64,000 nucleotides of DNA. Source: Candidatus Heimdallarchaeota archaeon. GTDB lineage: Archaea; Asgardarchaeota; Heimdallarchaeia; Hodarchaeales; Hodarchaeaceae. The notes under the pieces are model-generated. The model was given only the letters and a program-made list of their open reading frames with translations. It was not told where the DNA came from and made no database searches. The stretch covers positions 328,599 through 392,598 of the forward strand of contig RDOB01000002.1 of assembly GCA_011364965.1 (NCBI GenBank), given 5' to 3'. Position numbers and translations under genes: made by a program. Positions 29,504 to 38,378 of the stretch are shown in pieces; within the stretch, counting starts at the first letter, position 1, and every line of letters starts with the position of its first letter.

Positions 29504-29938
29504 ATGGCTGGAATCAAAGGTTATGTTGCAGTTATCGGAGAGGCCGTTCGAAATCTTTTTAGACCAAATGTGACAGTGCTTTTTCCATTTGTTGAATCTA
29601 CACCATTACCAGATGGATTTCGCGGTGCTCCTGAAGTAAATCCTGATTTGTGTACGGTATGTTTCACTTGTGAACGTGAATGCCCAACTCATTGTATCAC
29701 GATTACTGGCCCAATTGAAGATCCTAATACTCCTGAGGGAAAAGAGGCCTATACTCACGCAATAAAATTAGCACAATGCATGTTTTGTCAAACCTGTGAG
29801 GAATTCTGTCCCACGGGCAGAAAAGGTGAGCCAGCTATAAAATTGGGTAAGGAATGGCTCCTAGCAGTTTACAATGTTGAAGACACAGTGAGAACCAAAG
29901 TTGTATATAGAAAAGCGAGGAAAAAGGAGGAATCTTAA
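29504..29938 (+). CDS. NuoI-like 2x[4Fe-4S] ferredoxin subunit (MbhN/EchF-like); start moved to the ATG in a taaaATG stop-start junction
   Basis: Two CxxCxxCxxxCP motifs: CTVCFTCERECP and CMFCQTCEEFCP. A GGAGTGG RBS lies upstream of 29504. Confidence 0.8.
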   Translation: MAGIKGYVAVIGEAVRNLFRPNVTVLFPFVESTPLPDGFRGAPEVNPDLCTVCFTCERECPTHCITITGPIEDPNTPEGKEAYTHAIKLAQCMFCQTCEEFCPTGRKGEPAIKLGKEWLLAVYNVEDTVRTKVVYRKARKKEES

Positions 29939-30190
29939 ATGGCGTCAATAGAAATTCTTTTTCTTGCATTATTTACGATAGCAATGGCTATTGCAGCGCT
30001 TGAAGCAGAAAAAATATCACGAGCGATAATAGCTCTAGCTTTATCATCAGTGGGAATCGGGCTAATTTTTCTGTTATTAGGTGCGAATTACGCAGCTGTA
30101 TTTGAATTTTTATTATACGGTGGAGTATTAGTTATACTCTTTATGGCTGTTGCTTCGTTTACAGAAGATAAAGAGGAGGCCAATGTTTAA
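29939..30190 (+). CDS. Small membrane subunit (Mrp/Mbh-like)
   Basis: 83 aa with two TM helices. Tightly coupled within the operon. Confidence 0.45.
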   Translation: MASIEILFLALFTIAMAIAALEAEKISRAIIALALSSVGIGLIFLLLGANYAAVFEFLLYGGVLVILFMAVASFTEDKEEANV

Positions 30191-30432
30191 TGTCCAAAAA
30201 ACAAATGTTTGGCACCATTGGTTTAGCCTCGTTTGTGTTTATGTTGCTTCTAATGGTGTTCTCTGGATTACCAGGAGCAACGTGGGCACCAGTATCATCC
30301 ACAGCGGGTACTAGTTTAAGTCTGTTATGGGATATCAATGGCCTTTTTCCCGCAGTACTGATTCAAGGGTTCGTACTTTTTGCTGCACTGCTAGGAGTGA
30401 ATTTACAATTTACACCTGCAAAGAAACATTGA
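30190..30432 (+). CDS. Small membrane subunit (Mrp/Mbh-like)
   Basis: 80 aa with two TM helices. Its start overlaps the previous stop. Confidence 0.45.
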   Translation: MSKKQMFGTIGLASFVFMLLLMVFSGLPGATWAPVSSTAGTSLSLLWDINGLFPAVLIQGFVLFAALLGVNLQFTPAKKH

Positions 30433-30447
30433 TGGAGATGATAAAAG

Positions 30448-30774
30448 ATGGTTGCAATAGGTACTTATGGTGATTTTGAAGTGATTCTTGTCTTATCACT
30501 AATGATGCTGATAATAGGAGTTTATGGGCTTGTTTCAAAGAAATCTGCAATAAAAGTTATCATGGCAATTGAGATTCTGGTTGGGGCTCCAAATCTTGCT
30601 TTTATAGCATTTGGATATGCACAAGGTACAGTTGATCCAATGACTGAAGCTTTTGTAATAATTTCTCTATCAGTTGGTGCAGCGGTTATCGGATTATCAT
30701 TAGCTTTCTTAAGAAACCTCTGGAAACACTTCCATACTACAGAAGTGGATGCATACACGACATTGAAAGGTTAA
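30448..30774 (+). CDS. NuoK/MrpC-like membrane subunit
   Basis: 108 aa. LIIGVYGLVSKKSAIKVIMAIEILVGAPNLAF resembles NuoK/MnhC helices. Confidence 0.55.
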   Translation: MVAIGTYGDFEVILVLSLMMLIIGVYGLVSKKSAIKVIMAIEILVGAPNLAFIAFGYAQGTVDPMTEAFVIISLSVGAAVIGLSLAFLRNLWKHFHTTEVDAYTTLKG

Positions 30775-30775
30775 G

Positions 30776-32722
30776 GTGACAGATATGGCAGATTTTATCA
30801 ATACATATTCATTCTATACGGACCTTTTTACGCTCTTGGTTCAACCTTGGTTCTTAATCTTTGTACTCCCTATGATAGGGGCATTGCTTTCTGTAATACT
30901 AGCAAGATTCAATGCTTTTATAAGAAATATTATCGCGCTGATTTCAACTGGCTTAGCTGCTGGATTTGCTTTACTATTAGTGTTTGGCCAAACATGGGGA
31001 GAATATGCCCTTGAAATAATGCCAAGCAATGCAGTAGGGGTGTATTTTACCAATTCAATAAACGTTGATCCTTTATCTGCGTTTATGGCATTAGTAGCTG
31101 CAGGTTTGGGATTTTTAATTGCCTTATTTTCCTTGGAGTATATGAAAGGTGATGAAGCAGAAACAAGATATTGGTTCTTTTTACAGCTTTTCGTTGGTGG
31201 AATGGTATTACTTGTATTAGCAGGTGATTTAATTCTACTTTACTTCGGTTGGAAGATTGTTGGGGTTTGTTCTTATTTTTTAATAGGCCATTGGTTCCAT
31301 AAACCCGATCCTCAGGGAGAACTTTGTGCTAAATCTGGCATTAAAGCATTTTTGATGACTCTAGTTGGAGATATCTTATTATTAGCTGCTTTAGGCATTC
31401 TATGGTTAGCATTAGGTACAATTAACATCACTGATATCATTACTGGATTCTCAACAGTTTCCGCCAGTTTGCAGGTATTGGTAGCATTATTCGTGTTAGC
31501 TGGGGCAATTGGTAAATCAGCTCAATTTCCACTTATTACATGGTTATCTAGTCCTCGTTCAGTTAATATTGATGCGATGCAAGGGCCTACAACAGTAAGC
31601 GCATTGATACATGCTGCTACCATGGTAAAGGCAGGCGTTTATTTGATATCTAGATTTTACTTTGTTTTCAGACAGGTTGAGATTGACATTTTTTTCGTAG
31701 CTCTAGCTATGGTAGCTGTTATAACAGCATTCATCACAGCAGCATCTGCACTTGTTTCAGTTGATATAAAACGCGTACTAGCCTACTCTACAGTCTCACA
31801 GTTGGCATATATGTTTATGGGTCTTGCTATAGGTTATTTGGCATATTCTACAGAAGAAGCAATTAGTTTTGAAGGTTTTATGGGCACTCAATTTCATTTG
31901 ATGTCTCACGCAATCTTTAAAGCTCTCTTATTCCTTTCCGCTGGAGCTATTATCCATTCTCTGGGCAATGAACGAAATATAAAAAAGATGGGAGGACTCA
32001 AAAAAGATCTACCGATTCTTCATTGGGTTACCCTGATAGGTGTTTGTGCCTTAGCTGGAATTCCATTCCTATTCAACGGAGGATACAGTAAAGAGACAAT
32101 TTTGACAAGTGCTTTTGCGTTTGCTCAAACTGAATCGTCCTATGCAATTTTCGGTTGGCTTATATTTGGAATAGGAATTATAACAGCATTTATGACAGCT
32201 GTTTATGCGTTTAGGTTCTTCTTCCTCATATTCTACGGGGAGAAACCAGCTGATCTCAAAGTACATACCCCTGGACCGATAATGCATGGCGTTACAGGTC
32301 TTTTAGGAGGTTTAGTCATCGTAACAGGATTTACAACTCCACTTTGGTTTAATGCATATTTTGAACCAATGTTCGAAGGATACAATTTACATTTGGCTAT
32401 AATCCCCTCCGCTCTGGAAGGGTGGGTAACGTTGACAATAGTGACTGCTATGGTGGCCCTAGGAATAGGATTGAGTTACTTGATTTATTTCAAAGGAGAT
32501 CGTACAATCATGCCTACAGTTAGAAAATATTGGATACTCAATGTAAGTCATACCATTGCCAAAGAAGGATTCTACTTAGATAGGTTGTACAGCAGTCTAA
32601 TTGATTTATTCCATTGGGGTAATTGGAAGTTAAGAAACTTACAAACCGGGGATTTGAATTATAATATGTCTCTTCTTGGTGCTGTAGCATTAACCATTAC
32701 AGTGATTCTTCTGTTCTTATGA
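30776..32722 (+). CDS. NuoL/MrpA-like antiporter-type membrane subunit (MbhH-like)
   Basis: 648-aa polytopic protein with the conserved Lys/Glu/His-containing helices typical of complex I/Mrp antiporter subunits. Confidence 0.8.
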   Translation: MTDMADFINTYSFYTDLFTLLVQPWFLIFVLPMIGALLSVILARFNAFIRNIIALISTGLAAGFALLLVFGQTWGEYALEIMPSNAVGVYFTNSINVDPLSAFMALVAAGLGFLIALFSLEYMKGDEAETRYWFFLQLFVGGMVLLVLAGDLILLYFGWKIVGVCSYFLIGHWFHKPDPQGELCAKSGIKAFLMTLVGDILLLAALGILWLALGTINITDIITGFSTVSASLQVLVALFVLAGAIGKSAQFPLITWLSSPRSVNIDAMQGPTTVSALIHAATMVKAGVYLISRFYFVFRQVEIDIFFVALAMVAVITAFITAASALVSVDIKRVLAYSTVSQLAYMFMGLAIGYLAYSTEEAISFEGFMGTQFHLMSHAIFKALLFLSAGAIIHSLGNERNIKKMGGLKKDLPILHWVTLIGVCALAGIPFLFNGGYSKETILTSAFAFAQTESSYAIFGWLIFGIGIITAFMTAVYAFRFFFLIFYGEKPADLKVHTPGPIMHGVTGLLGGLVIVTGFTTPLWFNAYFEPMFEGYNLHLAIIPSALEGWVTLTIVTAMVALGIGLSYLIYFKGDRTIMPTVRKYWILNVSHTIAKEGFYLDRLYSSLIDLFHWGNWKLRNLQTGDLNYNMSLLGAVALTITVILLFL

Positions 32723-32733
32723 GGTGAAAAAAA

Positions 32734-34269
32734 ATGGTAAACATATTAGGATTTGATCTACCTTTATTTGTCTTTGCACTAGTTCCTATGACTACAGCTT
32801 CTCTTTTAGTATTGCTGGAAAGATTCCTCAACGTTTCACGAACTCAAAAGAACATAATGCACATAATTGCGTTCATGGGTGCAGCTACGGATGTTATCTT
32901 AGCATTTTTATTTGGTTATGCTATCTTGAACTCCACTGGGAACGAATTCTCGTCCACTTTCATCATTAATCTAGGTGCTGACGTCACCTCGCTGTTTTTC
33001 ATCTTGATCTTTACTACAGTGCATTTCGCAGTAACTGTATACTGTATAAATTACATGGAACAATTTGATGAGCTCCCGAGATTTTATGCTCTGCTATTAA
33101 CTGTTGTAGCTGGTTTAAATCTAATTGCTTTGTCTACAGATTTCTTCACATTATTTGTAGCTTATGAAATGATGAACCTTTGTGCTTATTCAATGGTAGC
33201 GTTTTATAGAAATGTCGAATCAGCAGAAGCGAGTTTTAAATATCTTGTAATGAGCAGTTCTGGCGCCTTATTAATGCTATATGGCGTAGCATTAGTATAT
33301 GGAACAACAGGATCGATTTCATTTGAAGCATTGGCTGCAATGTCACCAATGAACAATTTAGTTCTCTCTATAGGTGGAATCTTGATGATTCTAGGATTTG
33401 GAGTGACAGCAGCAATGTTATTCTTCAATACATGGCTTCCAGATGCGCACCCAGCCGCTCCCCCTCCAGCGCATGCGATGCTGAGTGGTATTATTACATT
33501 AGGCGGTACTTATGGTATGCTTCGAACTCTATTCTTAATTATACCACTTGATGCTCTTACTGGAGCAAATTGGAATATCGTTTTGATAGTTGTAGGAATT
33601 TTAACAACTCTTCAAGGGAATTTATTTGCTCTTATTCAGTTCCTGAGATCTGATCCGCAAGCACGGAATCTCAAGCGAATTTTCGCGTTCAGTACAATCA
33701 GTCACATGGGTTATTTGATAACTGGCCTAGGTGCAGGGACTATATTGGGTATCGGTGGCGTATTATTCCACGCTTTGAGCCATGCTCTTGCTAAAGGAGT
33801 ACTCTTTATGATTACAGGATTTCTCATCTATTCGACTGGAACCTATTATTTGGATCAGTATAAGGGTTTCGGACGAAGAGATCCTTTGATCGGTGTTTGT
33901 TTCGTAATAGGAAATTTCTCCTTAGCTTCTATTCCATTAACTAGTGGTTTCTGGTCAAAATTCCAAATAATTCTTGGCTTATTTGAAAATGGGAATCCTA
34001 TAGGGGTATTTGCAGGGATCACGTTGCTGATTTTCACCTTCTTTGCCGCTGCAGGTTACCTGTGGTTAATCAAATATATTGTATTTGATAAATCAGATCA
34101 AGATCCAAAGTACATCGAGAACTTTGATAGTGTAACTTTTTCCCGAAGGAAATCATGGTCAATGAAAGCTGCGATTGTATTCTTAGCTATTTTGGTTGTA
34201 TTAATTGGTATATTTCCAGGACCAGTGGCAGATTTTGCTATTAAAGCCGCTACCGCCTTATTAGGGTAA
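32734..34269 (+). CDS. NuoM/N/MrpD-like antiporter-type membrane subunit
   Basis: 511-aa polytopic protein. It is paralogous in composition to the preceding NuoL-like subunit. Confidence 0.75.
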   Translation: MVNILGFDLPLFVFALVPMTTASLLVLLERFLNVSRTQKNIMHIIAFMGAATDVILAFLFGYAILNSTGNEFSSTFIINLGADVTSLFFILIFTTVHFAVTVYCINYMEQFDELPRFYALLLTVVAGLNLIALSTDFFTLFVAYEMMNLCAYSMVAFYRNVESAEASFKYLVMSSSGALLMLYGVALVYGTTGSISFEALAAMSPMNNLVLSIGGILMILGFGVTAAMLFFNTWLPDAHPAAPPPAHAMLSGIITLGGTYGMLRTLFLIIPLDALTGANWNIVLIVVGILTTLQGNLFALIQFLRSDPQARNLKRIFAFSTISHMGYLITGLGAGTILGIGGVLFHALSHALAKGVLFMITGFLIYSTGTYYLDQYKGFGRRDPLIGVCFVIGNFSLASIPLTSGFWSKFQIILGLFENGNPIGVFAGITLLIFTFFAAAGYLWLIKYIVFDKSDQDPKYIENFDSVTFSRRKSWSMKAAIVFLAILVVLIGIFPGPVADFAIKAATALLG

Positions 34270-34287
34270 ATCTTTACCCTATCTTCC

Positions 34288-34297
34288 TTTTTTTTTT
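34288..34297 (+). terminator. Poly-T (T10) tract after the last hydrogenase structural gene
   Basis: T-run 19 bp after the stop codon at 34267-34269. Confidence 0.35.
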
Positions 34298-34377
34298 ACA
34301 GATCTTTTCAACTAGAATTCTTTTTACACCTTAAATTAGAAAGTGTAATTAATTCATCTAAGTAGATTGTGTTTAAT

Positions 34378-34617
34378 ATGTGTTTAGCAATCCCAGCTCA
34401 AGTTGTGAAAAAGCTTGAAGATAATTTGGTTCTTGCAGATTTCGGCCGAGGAGTCCGAAGAGAAGTGAGTGTTTCCTTAATTCAGGAAAAGCTGACTGAA
34501 GGGGATTGGATCTTAATTCATACTGGATATGCAGTATCAAAGATGGAACCCGAAGATGCACGGGAAACACTTGCTCTTTGGGAAGAGATATGGGCAAATG
34601 AAGAAGATTCCATGTAA
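34378..34617 (+). CDS. hypC: Hydrogenase maturation factor HypC (start placed at the ATG that gives an N-terminal MC)
   Basis: The N-terminal MCLAIPAQVV, with an essential Cys2, is the HypC/HupF signature. Size ~79 aa. The ORF-track GTG at 34369 would place Cys at position 5. Confidence 0.8.
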   Translation: MCLAIPAQVVKKLEDNLVLADFGRGVRREVSVSLIQEKLTEGDWILIHTGYAVSKMEPEDARETLALWEEIWANEEDSM

Positions 34618-34627
34618 ACTTTTCTTA

Positions 34628-35677
34628 TTAACACACTCTAGGTATTGGTTCACCCACTGGTTTATCTAGAATCCTGTGTCCTCCAATTCTTGTTCGTAAT
34701 AGTACCTTCCCTGCCCTCTCTCTTTTTGCGCGTCCAATGATTGCTGCGTTTCGCCCCAATTCATGACTTTTTAAAATTTTAAGCACTTTTTCTGCATCCT
34801 CTGGGTGAACAGCAATAATAGCTTTCCCTTCACAAGAAACATTGAGTGGATCTATACCAAAAACTTCAGAGATTATTTTTACCTCTTCCAATATTGGAAT
34901 TACATCTTCATCAATCCATATTGAAACTTTAGATTTTTCTGCCCATTCATTTAGTACAGCAGTTAATCCACCTCTTGTGGGATCCTTTGCTGCATGAACT
35001 CGATATTTGGTGATTGGAAGGATCAGTTCAGTTAAAGGAGCAACATCAGAATGTAGATTTGACTCTAATTCGGTACCCTCTCGACTAACTAACATTGCAA
35101 AACCATGATCGCCTAAAGTACCAGATGTAATGATTATATCTTCGGGTTGAACTGAACTATCTGTTATTCTTTGGCCTTCAGGTATGATACCCAAACCTGT
35201 CGTATTAACTAAAATTTCTGTTTGATACATTGATCCCATTGGCATAACTTTAGTGTCACCTGCGACAATAGCAATCTCATATCTCGTTGTAATATCCACT
35301 ATTGTATCAATTATCTCCCCAAGAATTCCAAACTTTATCCCTTCACGTATTATAAGGGCTAAGGTAATTGCGATTGGTTTAGCTCCCATCATAAGTAAAT
35401 CATTAATTGTACCACAAGCTGCAAGCGTACCAATGTTACCACCTTTGAAAAAAATTGGTGTTACAGTATATGAGTCAGTTGTCACAACCAAATCAACTTT
35501 TTTATTTTCTAGTGGAATAATCGCTCCATCATCAAACGATTCAACCCCTAAACCTTGAGAAGTTACCCTTTTGATTTTGATTCGATCAGCAATGAATTTT
35601 ATTAATAAATCCATTTTTTTCCCCCCCTGACCCATATCGAGTTCGATCAATTTACCCTCTAATGACTCATCCAGCAA
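34628..35677 (-). CDS. hypE: Hydrogenase maturation factor HypE (AIR-synthase-related)
   Basis: PurM-like fold composition. The C-terminal ...GEPIPRVC matches the HypE PR[IV]C terminal cysteine that is carbamoylated and dehydrated. Confidence 0.85.
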   Translation of the reverse strand: MLDESLEGKLIELDMGQGGKKMDLLIKFIADRIKIKRVTSQGLGVESFDDGAIIPLENKKVDLVVTTDSYTVTPIFFKGGNIGTLAACGTINDLLMMGAKPIAITLALIIREGIKFGILGEIIDTIVDITTRYEIAIVAGDTKVMPMGSMYQTEILVNTTGLGIIPEGQRITDSSVQPEDIIITSGTLGDHGFAMLVSREGTELESNLHSDVAPLTELILPITKYRVHAAKDPTRGGLTAVLNEWAEKSKVSIWIDEDVIPILEEVKIISEVFGIDPLNVSCEGKAIIAVHPEDAEKVLKILKSHELGRNAAIIGRAKRERAGKVLLRTRIGGHRILDKPVGEPIPRVC

Positions 35678-35832
35678 AATGGTTGCACCTTTTGATGAAA
35701 ACTAATATTTACTCTTGATTCTTACAGAAAGCAAATTTCTATTAATATATGGTTATAGCTCACTTTTTTGTTGTTGATTGAATAATAGAATATCATCTCT
35801 TGGAATAAGAAGAATCTAAGGTGACAATATAA

Positions 35833-37392
35833 ATGACAAAACAATATTACGATTGTACATTCTTTAATGCTAATGTTATTACTCTAGACAAGCTCAATCC
35901 CGTTGCAGATATGGTTATGATACGAGAAGGGAAATTTACTTATGTAGGAGAATATAAAGAAAATTCAATTAATAATTCTGTTTTATCTATTGATTTAAAA
36001 GGAAAAACCATTCTTCCTGGCTTTATAGATCTTCATACGCATCTTTGGGCCGAAGCTCCTACCATATCAGTTGATTTAGGTTCAGCGAAAACATTTGCAG
36101 AAGCTTTAGAGATACTTAAAGCGGAAGTGAAATCAAAATCTCCTTCTGAGTGGATTTTTGCTTCTAATTGGGATGAATCGAAATGGCTGGATCGCCAAGA
36201 TTTTTTGGATCGCAAAATTTTGGATGAAATCAGTATAAAAAATCCTATCTATGCAAAACGAGAAGATGGTCATTTAGTTTCCATTAACTCACCCGCTTTA
36301 AAGATATTACAGATCCCTGGCAGTCATCCAGGTTTAGAAAAGGATTCAAATGGCATACCCTCTGGTATATTGAAAGATGTATGGCTAGATATGTCTGAAT
36401 TTTATAAAGAAATAATTCCTGCTAATATTTTGGACTCTATTGATATAGCTACTTCTAAGGGAATTACTTCCGTTGTAGACAATCTTACTATTATACCCAA
36501 AGGACAGAAGAACATCATTCAAGCCTATCAGAAATTAGATAATGAAGGTAAGCTAAACATCAGAGTATTTCTCAATCCGACTATTGCTTTACTTCAAGAG
36601 TTTCATCATTTAGGGCTTCAGCAAAATTGGGGTTCGGATAAGCTTCGTTTTTATGGCTTTAAAGCGTTTGTAGATGGAGCACTTGGAGCCAAAACAGCAC
36701 GAATCATATTTCCTTATGTAGGTACGGATATAAAAGGAAATATCTTTATAAATCAAGAGGAAATAATAAATAATATAACTTTTGCCGAAGAAAACAATTA
36801 TACAATGTGTATTCATGCTATTGGAGACGAAGCAATTGATATTCTTTTGGATTGTTATGAAAAGGGTATTAGTGCAACTGGAAGAAAAAGATCAGAGCGG
36901 AAACACAGGATAGAACATGCAGAAATGATAACAAATGAACAAGTGCTTAAAGCTAAAAAATTGGGAATATTACTCTCCATGCAGCCGAATTTTCTAAAGT
37001 GGGAATATCCTGGGGGTCTATACGAGACTCGTTTAGGGAAAGATCGATTTATGGGTTTAAATAGATTTGCTGAAATCCAGCGATTAGGAGCGCAGCTATA
37101 TTTTGGATCAGATAACATGCCCCTCTCACCTTTATATGGTATAAATATAGCAACTAACTTCCCTTCTGAAGCAATTCAGATTTCAGTATTAGACGCTCTA
37201 AGAGCTTATACTGTCAATAATTCGGAGGCTTTATTTATGGAAAATAAAATTGGGACGATTACTGTAGGGAAATTCGCTGATTTTGTCATATTAACTCAAT
37301 CTCCGTTAGATATTCCGAAATCTGATATTAGTGATGAATTAGTTGAAAGTACATATGTGAATGGTAAATTGGTTTTTCAAAAGGATAAATAG
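35833..37392 (+). CDS. Metal-dependent amidohydrolase (amidohydrolase-3-like)
   Basis: PGFIDLHTHLW metal-binding His pair near the N-terminus. Size 519 aa. Confidence 0.65.
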   Translation: MTKQYYDCTFFNANVITLDKLNPVADMVMIREGKFTYVGEYKENSINNSVLSIDLKGKTILPGFIDLHTHLWAEAPTISVDLGSAKTFAEALEILKAEVKSKSPSEWIFASNWDESKWLDRQDFLDRKILDEISIKNPIYAKREDGHLVSINSPALKILQIPGSHPGLEKDSNGIPSGILKDVWLDMSEFYKEIIPANILDSIDIATSKGITSVVDNLTIIPKGQKNIIQAYQKLDNEGKLNIRVFLNPTIALLQEFHHLGLQQNWGSDKLRFYGFKAFVDGALGAKTARIIFPYVGTDIKGNIFINQEEIINNITFAEENNYTMCIHAIGDEAIDILLDCYEKGISATGRKRSERKHRIEHAEMITNEQVLKAKKLGILLSMQPNFLKWEYPGGLYETRLGKDRFMGLNRFAEIQRLGAQLYFGSDNMPLSPLYGINIATNFPSEAIQISVLDALRAYTVNNSEALFMENKIGTITVGKFADFVILTQSPLDIPKSDISDELVESTYVNGKLVFQKDK

Positions 37393-37400
37393 GTGTTATA

Positions 37401-38375
37401 ATGTCTCCCTTGGTTATCTTAACTCACAAAATTCCAGAGATCGGTCTAAATCTATTGAAGAATGAAATGAATGTAATTATTTTAGATGAAAAAGAAGATA
37501 TTAATACTCAATTAAGGAAATTTATGCCTCAAACTGAATATTTGATTTCGCTTCTGTCCGTAAATGTGACAAAGGAATTAATAAATCTGGGTACTAAATT
37601 AAAAGGAATAGCAAACTATGCTGTTGGGTATAACAATATTGATATTAATGCAGCTCGGGAAAAGAATGTTCTGGTAACTAATACACCAGATGTACTTACT
37701 GATGCAACCGCAGATCTAGTTTGGGCGCTAATTCTTGGAGTAACACGAAAAATCATCGAAGCAGATAAGGTTTGTAGAAAGAATGCTTTTCCAGGATGGT
37801 TACCTGAATATCATCTGGGATTTGAAGTAACTGGAAAAACTATAGGTATCGTGGGAATGGGCCGCATAGGCGCTGCTGTAGCACAGCGTGCCAAAGGATT
37901 TGATATGAAAGTGATCTATCACTCAAGATCAAGAAAATGGTCTCTCGAAGAAAATTATGGTTACGAGTATTATGAAGAATTACACCCTTTATTGAAGAAT
38001 TCAGATATTGTAAGCTTAAATCTTCCATATACAAACGAAACACATCATCTAATTTCAAAGACTGAATTTGAAATTATGAAGCCTACTAGTTACCTAATTA
38101 ATACAGCTAGAGGTAAAATAGTTAATGAATCTGATTTGGTACAGGCATTAAAAAGAAATCTTATCGCTGGAGCTGGATTAGATGTTTTTTATAATGAACC
38201 TGACATTCCAGAAGCTCTGCGATCTTTAAAGAATGTGATCCTAACCCCACATATTGGTTCTGCAACGTTTCAAGCTCGTGATGCTATGTCGAAAATGGTT
38301 GCGGATAATATAATAGCTATCGAACATGGATTAACTCCACCCAACCTAATACCAGAATTTAAAAATAGAAAGTAA
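37401..38375 (+). CDS. D-isomer-specific 2-hydroxyacid dehydrogenase (glyoxylate reductase/PGDH-like)
   Basis: NAD-binding GIVGMGRIGAAVAQRAKGF, and the conserved R/E/H catalytic region (TARGKIVNE...HIGSAT). Confidence 0.8.
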   Translation: MSPLVILTHKIPEIGLNLLKNEMNVIILDEKEDINTQLRKFMPQTEYLISLLSVNVTKELINLGTKLKGIANYAVGYNNIDINAAREKNVLVTNTPDVLTDATADLVWALILGVTRKIIEADKVCRKNAFPGWLPEYHLGFEVTGKTIGIVGMGRIGAAVAQRAKGFDMKVIYHSRSRKWSLEENYGYEYYEELHPLLKNSDIVSLNLPYTNETHHLISKTEFEIMKPTSYLINTARGKIVNESDLVQALKRNLIAGAGLDVFYNEPDIPEALRSLKNVILTPHIGSATFQARDAMSKMVADNIIAIEHGLTPPNLIPEFKNRK

Positions 38376-38378
38376 AGG

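Noticed and set aside
34369-34377. The GTG start from the ORF track for hypC (giving MFNMCLAIP).
   Set aside because: HypC family proteins begin Met-Cys with an essential Cys2, and the in-frame ATG at 34378 gives MCLAIP.
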